40,562 nucleotides of DNA from a virus (IMGVR_UViG_3300022177_000053:1-40562), one strand, 5' to 3'. Counted from the stretch's first letter, positions 18,416 to 27,457 are shown. Numbers and translations: made by a program. The notes: generated by a model not told the origin, from the letters alone.

Positions 18416-18745
18416 CTAGGCGTTCAGCTTGACCTTGACGCTGGTGGCGGCCAGGGCCGCCGCCTCCCAGGCGATGCCCACATACACGGCATCGTCCGGG
18501 ACGTTGGTCAGCTTGCCGTCGGCGATGGTCCGGTAGACCTTCTGGCCCTGGTCGATGGCCAGGGTGTTGTTCTTGTTGGCCAGCTCGTAGACCCCCACCG
18601 CCTCGCCCGCGCCCTTGGCGCCATTGGCCAGGTTGACCAGGGACACCACCGCCAGGCCGCCCACCATCACCAGGTCGCCGCTCTTCACCTCGGCCCCGGC
18701 GGTGAACACGATCCGCTTGCCTTCCTCGATGTAGTTGTTCGCCAT
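18416..18745 (-). CDS. DUF2190-like capsid cement/decoration protein
   Basis: 'MANNYIEEG...VKSGDLV..GGL', 109 aa, directly after the capsid gene. Confidence 0.8.
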   Translation of the reverse strand: MANNYIEEGKRIVFTAGAEVKSGDLVMVGGLAVVSLVNLANGAKGAGEAVGVYELANKNNTLAIDQGQKVYRTIADGKLTNVPDDAVYVGIAWEAAALAATSVKVKLNA

Positions 18746-18772
18746 GATCCTTCTCCCTTGGCTGGCCCGGGC

Positions 18773-20926
18773 CTAGCCGGTGATGGTGGTCTGCTGGAGG
18801 CCGCGCCAATCCATGGCCTTGCTGCCCACGTCGATGCGGACCTTGAACTTGCGGCCGTCGGTGTTCCAGTCGTTCTCCGCGTCCATGAAGGGCTTCTGCA
18901 CCCCGTTGAGGAAGAACACCTTCACCGTGCGCCCCTTGGGACCGGCCAAATAGAAGGTGCTCACCCCGGCGTCGTCCAGGCGCGGCTCGTAGATGCGGTT
19001 CTCCTGGCGGAAGGTGCCCGAGAAGGGGTTCTTCACGTTAGGCTCGCCCTGAGTGCCGATCACGTCCGAGCCAAAGAACTTCTCGGCCGTGACGAAAAGC
19101 GAGGTGGGGGAGAGGAAGAAGACCGGGATGACGCGGATGCGGCGCTTCTGGTTCAGGTCCTTCTGGGCGGTCATCTGCTGGATGGCCAGGCCCAGCCCGG
19201 CCACGTCGAAGGCCGGGATGCTCTTCATGTTGCCGTGGTCGGCGCAGAACAGGGCCTTGTTGTCGCCCATGGTGGCGTTGCTGATCAGCGCCGCCCAGGC
19301 CACGTCGCCCACCGTGCGGCTGGCCGCCTCGCCCATGGCCTGGGGCACGCTGGTCAGCATGCCCAGGTCGTCGTCGATGAGCGTCTGCCGGCCGATGCGG
19401 AAGGCCTTGCCAAAGGTGGCGATCTGGTAGGCCTCCTGGGCGTCCTTCATGGCGGCGTACTTGTACTCGGCGTTCTCCTTCATCTCGTCCAGGTCGTCGA
19501 ACTCGCCCAGGCGCACCTCGTGGCCGGGCTTGAAGTCGCCGACCTGGCCAATGCCGCACCACAACTGCCAGGTCTCCGGCGCGCTGTCCCAGCCGAACAG
19601 GATGGACTTGTTGGCCACGTCCATCAGGATGTTGGGCAAATCGCTGGTGGTCAGCGCCCGGCCCACCCAATCCAGGATGTAGCCGCCGGTGCGCTGGCCG
19701 GCCCGGCGCAGGCAGTCCCGGGCCAGCTCCCGCAGGCTCAGGCCCATCAGCTCGTCATGGCCCGCCGCCGGCTGGGCCACCGGGATGCCGGCCCGCACCA
19801 ACAGGCTGTCGATGCTGGCCGCGCGGAAGCGGTCGCGCTCGTCGTGCAGCACTCGGGCCGGGTGTCGGTGGCCGCCGCCGCCGGCGATGCCCGAGCGCGC
19901 CGCCAGCAGGCCCAGCATCGCCCGGCCTGCCTGGTCCAGGCTGTAGTTGCCCAGCAGCAGCCCGCGCAGCTCGTCGCCCTCGATGCCGTGGACCCGGCCC
20001 ATGTCCATGATCTCGGCCGCCCGGGCGCGCTCGGACTGCATCAGCTCGGCCTCGGAGCGCTGGCCCTCGGGGTTCACCGGGGGCGCGGGCGGGTCCTGGC
20101 TGGCCGGGGGCGCGCCGCGGCCCTGATCGGCGGGCGGGGCCGGCGGGGCCGGCGGGTCGGCCGGGAGCGCGGGCGGATCGCTCCGGCCCTGGTCCAGGTT
20201 CACCGGCCCCTCACGGTCCTCCAGGTCGGCCAGGAAGCGGCGGGCCTCGTCGTCGCTGGCGTCCTTGGCCAGGCCGCGAGTCTCCAGGTAGGCCCTCATC
20301 CGGGCGGAAATCTTCATGGCTCTCTCCTTGTCCTTGTGGTTCGCGGCCCTGACCTTGGCCGCCTCGTCCGCCCCGATGGGGCACAGCGACAGTTCCTTGA
20401 TGCTCCAGTTGGTCACCACCCGCATCGGCCCGGTGAAGGCGCGGCCGTCGATCTCCACCGTCCGGCCCGCCTCGATCCAGGTGGAGGCGTTGATCCGGTA
20501 GCCGATGGACACGTCCGTCAGATGGCCCTCCCGGACCATGGTCCAGGCCTCCTGGCCCAGGCTGTTTCCCGAGAAGATCATCCGGGCCAGGAGTTGCGGG
20601 CCGTCCACCCGGAACTCCCGGGCGCTGCCGGCCATGTTGCGCAGGGTCTCCCGGCTGTGGCTGTCGATCAGCGGCGCGCTCTCCGGGATTTGGCTGATCC
20701 CGCTCATCAGCAGGACCTCTTGCACCGGCTCCCAGCGGGCGAAGTCGAAGACCGTCACCGGCAGCTCGGTGGCCGCCACCACCTCCACCGCCCGGTTGGC
20801 CTCGTCCAGGGTGGACGGCCCGCCCCGCCCGGCCAGGAGCCGCGCGCTCCGGGTCTGGAAGTCCACGTCCACCGCCCGGGCTCCCGGCACCGGGCCGGCC
20901 GGATCACTCTTTAACCGCGTCGCCAT
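18773..20926 (-). CDS. Prohead protease - scaffold - major capsid fusion protein
   Basis: Protease motifs 'PLIDSH', 'DVSIGY', 'ELSLCPIGAD'; Pro-rich linker; capsid domain 'ALTTSDLPNIL', 'TFGKAF', 'LFCADHGN'. Confidence 0.9.
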   Translation of the reverse strand: MATRLKSDPAGPVPGARAVDVDFQTRSARLLAGRGGPSTLDEANRAVEVVAATELPVTVFDFARWEPVQEVLLMSGISQIPESAPLIDSHSRETLRNMAGSAREFRVDGPQLLARMIFSGNSLGQEAWTMVREGHLTDVSIGYRINASTWIEAGRTVEIDGRAFTGPMRVVTNWSIKELSLCPIGADEAAKVRAANHKDKERAMKISARMRAYLETRGLAKDASDDEARRFLADLEDREGPVNLDQGRSDPPALPADPPAPPAPPADQGRGAPPASQDPPAPPVNPEGQRSEAELMQSERARAAEIMDMGRVHGIEGDELRGLLLGNYSLDQAGRAMLGLLAARSGIAGGGGHRHPARVLHDERDRFRAASIDSLLVRAGIPVAQPAAGHDELMGLSLRELARDCLRRAGQRTGGYILDWVGRALTTSDLPNILMDVANKSILFGWDSAPETWQLWCGIGQVGDFKPGHEVRLGEFDDLDEMKENAEYKYAAMKDAQEAYQIATFGKAFRIGRQTLIDDDLGMLTSVPQAMGEAASRTVGDVAWAALISNATMGDNKALFCADHGNMKSIPAFDVAGLGLAIQQMTAQKDLNQKRRIRVIPVFFLSPTSLFVTAEKFFGSDVIGTQGEPNVKNPFSGTFRQENRIYEPRLDDAGVSTFYLAGPKGRTVKVFFLNGVQKPFMDAENDWNTDGRKFKVRIDVGSKAMDWRGLQQTTITG

Positions 20927-22436
20927 TGCTGCTCGCTCCCAGGGCGGCCGGGTTGGTCTTCACCGGCTGGACGCCCCAATGCAGGTCCACGCCCTCTTCC
21001 TTGGCCATGCGCTGGAACTTGGCGATGGCCCGCAGGGTCTCGCGCGGGTCCTTGCCCCGCCGGCCCAGGTAGTCCTGGGGGTCTTCCAGGCCGCCGGCCA
21101 GGAGACTCAGGGCTCCCCGCGCCTCGCGCAGAAGATCCACGCCTTCCACCCCCGGATAGATCCAGCGCGCCGCCCGCAGGTAGGCCCCGCGCCGCTGCCA
21201 ATAGCCCGGCAGGCGCAAAGCGCCGATGCTGACCTTGGCGTCCAGCCAGCGGGCGAAGATCACCTGGCAGAACTGGCGGGCGAAACGCCGCTGCTTGGGC
21301 CGGGTTTGGTGCAGGAGGTCGGAGCGGACGATTTTGTTGCTGGCGTAGTTGTGGCCGCGATAATCGCCGGAGACCAGCTCATAGGAAAGATCGGCCGCCA
21401 CCGCGATCATGCGGGTGATGAAGTTCACCGTGGGCTCGAACTGGCCACCGGGGCGGTTGTTCTCCAGCAGCTTGAATTTCTCGTCGCTGTGCAGGACCTC
21501 GATGATGCCGCTGGGCAGTTGCCGCACCCGCAAGCCGCTGGCCTGATCCGCGTTGCTGCGCCTCAGCGCGGCCCCGGCCGGGTCCGGGCTGTGCAGGGTG
21601 GCCAGGTAGGAGGCCGCCTTCTTGGCCACGTCCACCTCGGCCCCGATGTATTGCCCGATGTCGTTGGCCGACAAGATGGCCGAGGCCAGGGGGCTCACTC
21701 CCCGCACCTGGCCCGGCCGCAGCATCTTGTAGGAGTGCACCGCGAAACGCGGCTCGATCTTGAGGGGCTTGCCCCAGTGCTCCGGGTCCTCCAGGTGGTA
21801 GGCGATCACCTTGCCCGAGCGCTCGTCGATCTCCACCCCCTGCACCAGTTTGGAGCCCGGGCCAGGGCTGGCCCCGAAGTCGTTCAGCCAGTCCGGCTCG
21901 TAGAGCTGCACCTTGAGGGGCGATTCGCGGTCCGACAGGTCAAGCGGCGTGGCCCCGAAGCACTCGCCCACCTCGACCTCTTGCCGCCGGGCCAGGCGTT
22001 GCAGCTCCACGAAGTCCATCCGCCCGCCCACGTCCATCCGCTCGCAATCCTCGGCCCAGGCCTCCTCCACCCGCTGGTTGAGTTCCTCGTCCTCGCTCAT
22101 GAATTGCAGGTTGATGCCGGTGCTGATGGAGAGGTTCACCGCCGCCTCCACCACCCGGGCGAAGAAGGGGAAGTCCCGCACCAACTGGCGCACCCGCGCC
22201 CGCAGCCGGACGGACGAGTCGCCAATCACCTGGTTGACGTTGCCGTCCTGGTGACCCCAGGCCCCGGTTTGCAGGCCGTCCTTGGCCCCGGCGTAGCGCC
22301 GGAAGGCCTCGGCCCGGGCCCGCTCCTGCTGGCGGAAGGCCTCCCGGCCGGGGCTGAAAATGCCGATGGCGCTGTCCAGGGCATTGCCCAGGCTGTTGGC
22401 CAAGGCCCGGCCGAACATCGAACCCAGCCCCGCCAT
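20904..22436 (-). CDS. Portal protein, lambda family
   Basis: 'LRARVRQLVRD', 'QGVEID', 'RPGQVRGVSPLA', 'SYELVSGDY...NYAS'. Confidence 0.92.
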   Translation of the reverse strand: MAGLGSMFGRALANSLGNALDSAIGIFSPGREAFRQQERARAEAFRRYAGAKDGLQTGAWGHQDGNVNQVIGDSSVRLRARVRQLVRDFPFFARVVEAAVNLSISTGINLQFMSEDEELNQRVEEAWAEDCERMDVGGRMDFVELQRLARRQEVEVGECFGATPLDLSDRESPLKVQLYEPDWLNDFGASPGPGSKLVQGVEIDERSGKVIAYHLEDPEHWGKPLKIEPRFAVHSYKMLRPGQVRGVSPLASAILSANDIGQYIGAEVDVAKKAASYLATLHSPDPAGAALRRSNADQASGLRVRQLPSGIIEVLHSDEKFKLLENNRPGGQFEPTVNFITRMIAVAADLSYELVSGDYRGHNYASNKIVRSDLLHQTRPKQRRFARQFCQVIFARWLDAKVSIGALRLPGYWQRRGAYLRAARWIYPGVEGVDLLREARGALSLLAGGLEDPQDYLGRRGKDPRETLRAIAKFQRMAKEEGVDLHWGVQPVKTNPAALGASSNGDAVKE

Positions 22437-22678
22437 CAGTAGTTGCCCAGGCTGACGGCGATGATCTGGCCGGTGAAGGTGGGAAGGGCTTCCTCGGAGG
22501 CCCGGCGCTCGACAAAGGCCAGGAGGGCCAGGAACTCCGCAAGGTCGCGGTAGGAGACGGTTTGGTTGATCAGCCCGCCCAGGGTGTAGGACTTGACCGT
22601 GCGGAAATTGCCCGAGGCCAGGTCATCGCGCATGGCCTTGGCCAGGTCCGTCCAGGATGTGAAAGCGTTCGCGCCCAT
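22436..22678 (-). CDS. Head completion protein (gpW-like)
   Basis: 80 aa, 'KSYTLGG...VSYRDLAE' immediately upstream of the portal; GGAGG RBS. Confidence 0.7.
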   Translation of the reverse strand: MGANAFTSWTDLAKAMRDDLASGNFRTVKSYTLGGLINQTVSYRDLAEFLALLAFVERRASEEALPTFTGQIIAVSLGNY

Positions 22679-22743
22679 GCCAGCCTCCTTGATGGGAGGC
22701 TAACCCGGGAATTTGGGCTAATTTGGAAGATGCTGGAAGTTGC

Positions 22744-22797
22744 GGTCAAACGGGGCAAAGATGCGCAATTTTGAGGTCAAACGGGGCAATGTTGCGC
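22744..22797. repeat. Two 23-bp direct repeats GGTCAAACGGGGCAAWGWTGCGC, 31 bp apart
   Basis: 22744-22766 versus 22775-22797, 2 mismatches; upstream of the head operon. Confidence 0.85.
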
Positions 22798-22888
22798 TTG
22801 CCAACGAACTCATTCAATAAATACAAGCATCGAATTCAGCGAGTAAGCAATAACTTGTTAGTACCTATAAAATTAAAACAAACAACAA

Positions 22889-23647
22889 TTAATCGACTGA
22901 GGCGAGTAAATCATTGACCGATGCGAGGAGAACTTCCCATGAGGTGCGGCATGTAGCGTCATCAAAATTGGCACGCATTGTTACTTCAACCCAAGGATGC
23001 ACTACATTTCTAGACTCTCGCAGGGCATGCCCAAATTTGCCTCTATCCATTTTTAGCCAACCTCTCTCAGTCGCAACATCGATAAGCGTGCTAAGATTCC
23101 AATCTTGGACAGCTGGTATTTTACCTTCTTTAGTTCTCGGGGTTTTCGATGATTGGTATGTCTCAGGTAAAGTTAGGCACGCGCGGCATAATAAAAGAGC
23201 TTCCAAAATGCTACCCATTAATACTATAGCTGCAGTATAAGCCTGCACATGTTGGCATTTTTGCGCTTCTCTCCATCGATTATTGATTACTTCATCAAGG
23301 CCAGGCATTGTTTTAGTTAACTTGGTAAGTGTTGGAGGTGGGATAATTACTTTCTTTGGCCTTGATGCCCCTTCGATATTTAGAAAATTTATGGCATTGC
23401 GAATATAACTCGCTAATGTTTCGAGGCGAACCCTTCTGCTGTTAGCTTGGAAATCAGCGTTGGACTCCATTTCTTTGATAAAATCAGAAGGAAGACCATT
23501 GGCAGCACCCATGATCATTTTAGCTTCGCGTATTTTACCATCTACTTCCCTAAGGCTTATAAAACGGTCTGTATCCACAATGCCACTAGGCAACAGTATC
23601 TCTGTAAGAATAGCTTTTAAATGTGTAACTATTTGAATGTGTTCCAT
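22889..23647 (-). CDS. HEPN (DUF4145-like) domain protein, putative RNase
   Basis: 'AIVLMGSILEALL' and Rx4H-type motif 'RESRNVVHP'; AT-rich. Confidence 0.7.
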   Translation of the reverse strand: MEHIQIVTHLKAILTEILLPSGIVDTDRFISLREVDGKIREAKMIMGAANGLPSDFIKEMESNADFQANSRRVRLETLASYIRNAINFLNIEGASRPKKVIIPPPTLTKLTKTMPGLDEVINNRWREAQKCQHVQAYTAAIVLMGSILEALLLCRACLTLPETYQSSKTPRTKEGKIPAVQDWNLSTLIDVATERGWLKMDRGKFGHALRESRNVVHPWVEVTMRANFDDATCRTSWEVLLASVNDLLASVD

Positions 23648-23717
23648 TAATTATACGCGCCGCCTAGCATCGCAAAGCTTGCGTGTTGATGAAATTACCT
23701 TAGAGTAAAGATCAAAT

Positions 23718-24437
23718 TTAAGGTGTGGGTTTCATTTTATATGATCTATGAGAATATTTTAATAGCAGCTTTTTTCTCTTCTCTTGCATTGATCGCCGCC
23801 TTGCTTCTATTAAAAAACTATCCAAATCGGTGACTATCGTGTAATAATCACGGAAAAAGGCTCTTTGGGGTGATTCAATTAGTATTTCAATAATATCAGC
23901 TAAATATTTATATGCATCAAACCAGGTTGATATTTTTACTACATCTAGTGAGCTCAGTTCATTAGATGAATTAGGATTGACAGCGGTGTTGCTTGAGTTG
24001 AGCGCCTTGACCCATTGGCCGTGAGCGATTTTATTTCTAAGATGCCTTGGTTGGAGTACATAATCTTTAATGATTTTTAACAGCTTGCGCTCTACAGCGG
24101 CAAGAAATTTTGAATTCTTCTTTTTTGAGGCTTTCCTTAGGGCTAGTTCAACACATTTTTTCCAACCGTCCTCCGCGCGATTGGCATAGTTTTTCATGAT
24201 TTGTGATATTTCATTAAGGGAAAAGCCATAAGGGGTATGGACAGTTTTTACGAATTGGGCTTCCACCCAAGCGGAGAATAGCAAGGCAAATAATTTTGTA
24301 TTAACTTCTAATGCAGCTGAATTATCATCCTTAATTGCAGTATTTATGGTAAGATTGAGTTGCTTTTTGGCTTTAACCAATTCCTTGAGATTTGCGGTCT
24401 GAGCTTGATATATTTCAAGTTTTTTTCGTTGATCCAT
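23718..24437 (-). CDS. HEPN domain protein, putative RNase
   Basis: 'FSAWVEA' and 'LRNKIAHG' HEPN motifs; AT-rich; ATG 24437 (alternative TTG 24452). Confidence 0.75.
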   Translation of the reverse strand: MDQRKKLEIYQAQTANLKELVKAKKQLNLTINTAIKDDNSAALEVNTKLFALLFSAWVEAQFVKTVHTPYGFSLNEISQIMKNYANRAEDGWKKCVELALRKASKKKNSKFLAAVERKLLKIIKDYVLQPRHLRNKIAHGQWVKALNSSNTAVNPNSSNELSSLDVVKISTWFDAYKYLADIIEILIESPQRAFFRDYYTIVTDLDSFLIEARRRSMQEKRKKLLLKYSHRSYKMKPTP

Positions 24438-24457
24438 TGTCCACACAAGCAATTTCA

Positions 24458-24497
24458 GGCTGCCACAGAAAACTTGCCTAAGTTCTCTCTGGCAGCC
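24458..24497 (-). promoter_or_regulatory. Long hairpin overlapping the 3' end of the tRNA-like element
   Basis: GGCTGCCA-G-AGAGAACTT-AGGC-AAGTTTTCT-G-TGGCAGCC. Confidence 0.7.
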
Positions 24498-24573
24498 CGG
24501 AATTGAACCGGGGTCTCACGAACCAAAGCCTGAGCTATGATTCATGCGCCTTTCCATACTAGACCACTGCCTC
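24488..24573 (-). ncRNA. tRNA-like RNA with an elongated anticodon arm and imperfect acceptor stem
   Basis: GGCAG/CTGCC acceptor; U8-G9; D-arm GTCT-AGTATGGAA-AGGC; T-arm CCCGG-TTCAATT-CCGGG; 30-nt anticodon arm instead of 17. Confidence 0.7.
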
Positions 24574-24579
24574 AGCCGA

Positions 24580-24609
24580 AAAATAATTGACATAGCCCCC
24601 AATGTCAAT
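24580..24609 (-). promoter_or_regulatory. Promoter with an overlapping palindrome driving the tRNA-like RNA and HEPN genes
   Basis: TTGACA (24608-24603) - 17 nt - TATTTT (24585-24580); perfect inverted repeat ATTGACAT-N8-ATGTCAAT at 24586-24609. Confidence 0.6.
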
Positions 24610-24621
24610 GGACATATTATA

Positions 24622-24849
24622 TCAGGCATTCCATTTCTCAGTCCTTCCAGCCGCCAAGTCCTTGTAGAAGGCCTCCAGCTTCTCCGGATCGCCAATCCAG
24701 CGGCCGCTTTCCAGGCTGATGGGCATACCGGGATAGTTGCGCTTGTGCTTGAGGACCGTGGCCGCACTGAAGCCCACGAACTCGGTGATCTCCTTCATAC
24801 CATTGAGAAAAGCTGCTTTAACCATCTGCTGAGGCTCCTTCTTTACCAT
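24622..24849 (-). CDS. Small HTH (AlpA/excisionase-like) DNA-binding protein
   Basis: 'LNGMKEITEFVGFSAATVLK...GMP...GRW' winged-HTH-like pattern; overlaps the terL stop. Confidence 0.6.
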   Translation of the reverse strand: MVKKEPQQMVKAAFLNGMKEITEFVGFSAATVLKHKRNYPGMPISLESGRWIGDPEKLEAFYKDLAAGRTEKWNA

Positions 24850-26729
24850 CTGCTATGACTCCCTGTCAGAGGTTGGTTGGTGTGGGTTTCTTCTTCCGGC
24901 TCCGGCTCTTCCGGGGCCATGTAGCGGACGCCCAAGTAATCGGCGCAAACGAGCTGGAGGACCTCGCAGTCCAGGTAGTGGTTTGGCCGGTCGCGCGGAT
25001 TTTGCCAAAGGCCGCGCGCGTCCTTGGATTCAGCGCAGAGCTGCCGGGCGTAGTCGTTCAGCAGGCCCGCCACGTGTTCGTTTTCCGGGGGTCGGCCATC
25101 CGGCCAATTGCTGTGCAGGTGCCAGGCGCCGGGGTCGGCCGGGCCAATCCGCAGCTTGCCGTCCAGCAGGTCGTTCTTGTAGTAGGTGGTGTTGAAGTGG
25201 AAGCAGACCAGGCCCGGGTGGGTGTCCACCTTGTTTTGGGTGTAGGGCTGGCGGCGATTGATGGTCTGGAAGCCCTTGCTGGCCCGCAGGGGCGGGTGGA
25301 CCTGGCACCAATCGAATACCTCGCGCTGCATCGCGCCATCGCCGGCATCCACCAGGCCAAAGGCGATCACGCAGCCCTGGCCAGCCGGATCGCGGTAGTG
25401 GTCGTCGAAGATGACCTTCTCCACCCCGGCCCAGGAGTCCACGTAGGCCGCGCGGATCAGCCAGGACTCGCGCTCCGGGCCGGCGGCCCAGGCCCGGATG
25501 GTGATGTAGAAGCCCGAGCGCTGCACGTCCACGCAGGCGGTCAGGAGCACCGCGTCGGCCGGCACCAGGCCCGGGGGGCGGTTGTCGCACAGGGCCAGGA
25601 TCAAATCCTCGGAGCGGGCGGCCTGTTCACTGCGGTAAGGCAGGGCCAGCATCTTGTTGAAGAGCGTGACCTCGGCCTTGACGTCCTTCCGGGCCTTGAT
25701 GAACTGGGCCGCGATCTTGCCCAGGCTTACGAAGGGGCTGTGGAAGGCGCTGAAATGGAAGCCTACCTTGATCGGCCGGGCCACCGGGTCGCAGGGCTCC
25801 CACCACTGCGCCCGGGAGTTCCAGCGCTGGGGCTGGTAGCCGCCGTTCTGCACCGCCAGGCGGCGCTCCATCCGGCCCCAGGCCCCTTGGCAGAGCTGGC
25901 ACTCATACCAGGCCAGGTCCTCGCCCTCGATGCGGTCCGGCTGGCCGGTCAGGTCCTCGTCCCAGCGCAGTTGCTCGGGCCGCATGATCACCAGCCCGCC
26001 GCAATGCGGGCATTTGGCCATGTAGACCCGGACCTCCTGGCACTTGAGCAGGTTTTCCCAGCCCGGCGCGTCCTCCAGGGTGGTGGTGGTGACCCCTAAA
26101 ACTTTACATGTGTAGGGAAAGGTCGTGGTGCGGGCGCGGGCCAGGTCCACCGCGTCCATGCTGTCCTTGCGCGGCACCGGCCAGAGGTCCACCTCGTCCA
26201 GGAAGACCTGGGGGATGGGGAAAGAGGCCAGGGTCGCCTCTGACCGCGGCCAGCCCATGTAGGTCATGGAGGCCTGAAGGTGCAATTCATAGTTGACCAG
26301 GCTAAAGGGTGAACCTGGCAGCAACTCGCACAAGGCGGGCGATGCCTTGATGATCTTTTGCAGGCGCTCCTTGCTGGTGCGCACCACGCTTTTCTCGTCG
26401 GCCATGACGAACAAGGCCCAGGCCTGGTCGTAGTGCTGGCCGTAGGCCCAGCAGTTGTAGACGATCTGGGTTTTGCCGCCCTGCAAGGGGCCGATCACCC
26501 AAACCTCGCGCACCTGGGGCAGGCCCCAGGTGTCCATGGGCTCCACCAGGTAGGGCGTGTGCTCGTTGCGCCAATCGCCCTTCCAGGGCCCATCGGTCAC
26601 CGCCCGGTAACGCTCGGCCCATTGCGAGATGGTCAGGGGCTCCTTCTGCCGCCAGGCCTCGATTTCGCCCGGCGTGAGCTTCGCCGCCGGGAAGAGCTCT
26701 TCCTGGGTTAACAAGGCTTGCAGGCTCAT
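24843..26729 (-). CDS. terL: Terminase large subunit (gpA family)
   Basis: 'TISQWAERYR', 'TPYLVEPMD', Walker A 'LQGGKT', Walker B 'VFLDEVD', CPHC zinc motif, 'ACVDVQ', 'NHYLDC'. Confidence 0.95.
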   Translation of the reverse strand: MSLQALLTQEELFPAAKLTPGEIEAWRQKEPLTISQWAERYRAVTDGPWKGDWRNEHTPYLVEPMDTWGLPQVREVWVIGPLQGGKTQIVYNCWAYGQHYDQAWALFVMADEKSVVRTSKERLQKIIKASPALCELLPGSPFSLVNYELHLQASMTYMGWPRSEATLASFPIPQVFLDEVDLWPVPRKDSMDAVDLARARTTTFPYTCKVLGVTTTTLEDAPGWENLLKCQEVRVYMAKCPHCGGLVIMRPEQLRWDEDLTGQPDRIEGEDLAWYECQLCQGAWGRMERRLAVQNGGYQPQRWNSRAQWWEPCDPVARPIKVGFHFSAFHSPFVSLGKIAAQFIKARKDVKAEVTLFNKMLALPYRSEQAARSEDLILALCDNRPPGLVPADAVLLTACVDVQRSGFYITIRAWAAGPERESWLIRAAYVDSWAGVEKVIFDDHYRDPAGQGCVIAFGLVDAGDGAMQREVFDWCQVHPPLRASKGFQTINRRQPYTQNKVDTHPGLVCFHFNTTYYKNDLLDGKLRIGPADPGAWHLHSNWPDGRPPENEHVAGLLNDYARQLCAESKDARGLWQNPRDRPNHYLDCEVLQLVCADYLGVRYMAPEEPEPEEETHTNQPLTGSHSRW

Positions 26730-27454
26730 GCCGGGTGTCCCTGCTCGCCGGTCAGGTTGATTTCGCCCTGAATTGCGTAGCGGTTCAGCCAGCGGTTGAC
26801 GTGGCGCTCCATGAAGGCCAGGGCCTCAGGAGCCTGGCCGGGGTCGCCGCCCACCAGATGGATCAGGTTATCTACGAACATCCGGCAGAAATTCTGCATG
26901 TCGGCCTTCAACAGACGCGCCCGGGTGGACATTTCGCGCTCGTGTTGCTCCTTGGTGATGTACTTGCCTTCCAGGATTTCCTGTTGCAGGCGCATCTTGG
27001 CGGCCTGGACCTCGGCCCGCTCGATCTCGGCCAGGGCCTTGCGCTCCTGGAGGGCTTCCAGCTTCTCGGAGCCCGCGCCGTCCTTGCGCTTGAGGGTGTT
27101 TTGGGCGTAGCGCAGCAAGTCGGCCTCGTGATAGAGGCCATCGGCGCGGGGGTTGATCACGTTGCGGGTGTGGTGGTTGTAAATCGTGCTGTCGCTGATC
27201 TTCCAGCCCTCTTGACGCAGCCAGGCGGCGGCCTGGTTGAGGTTTTTGAAAGTTCGCGCGACGGGATTGGCCCCGGCCGAGGCCTCCCCGTCGCCGATCC
27301 GCGCCCGCAACGCCGCCAGTTGGGCCTCCACCGCCTGGGCCTTGGCCGGGTTGTCGGGGTCCTTGAGGGCCTTTTGCAGGCTGGCCTGGAGCTCCTGGGC
27401 CTGCTTGAGGGCTTCCAGACCGGACTGGAACAGGCTATGGCGGTCTTCGGCCAT
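26726..27454 (-). CDS. terS: Terminase small subunit (Nu1-like)
   Basis: HTH-like segment followed by coiled coil 'ERKALAEIERAE...LEGKYI'; ATGA-coupled to terL. Confidence 0.7.
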   Translation of the reverse strand: MAEDRHSLFQSGLEALKQAQELQASLQKALKDPDNPAKAQAVEAQLAALRARIGDGEASAGANPVARTFKNLNQAAAWLRQEGWKISDSTIYNHHTRNVINPRADGLYHEADLLRYAQNTLKRKDGAGSEKLEALQERKALAEIERAEVQAAKMRLQQEILEGKYITKEQHEREMSTRARLLKADMQNFCRMFVDNLIHLVGGDPGQAPEALAFMERHVNRWLNRYAIQGEINLTGEQGHPA

Positions 27455-27457
27455 GGG

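Noticed and set aside
18104-22442. Long plus-strand ORFs (936 aa and 645 aa; likewise 10047-12047 and 13083-14657)
   Set aside because: Antisense shadows of GC-rich capsid, portal and tape measure genes, with no recognisable motifs.
24488-24573. Functional canonical tRNA gene
   Set aside because: Acceptor pairs 1-72 and 2-71 mismatch and the anticodon arm has 13 extra nt, so it is reported as tRNA-like only.
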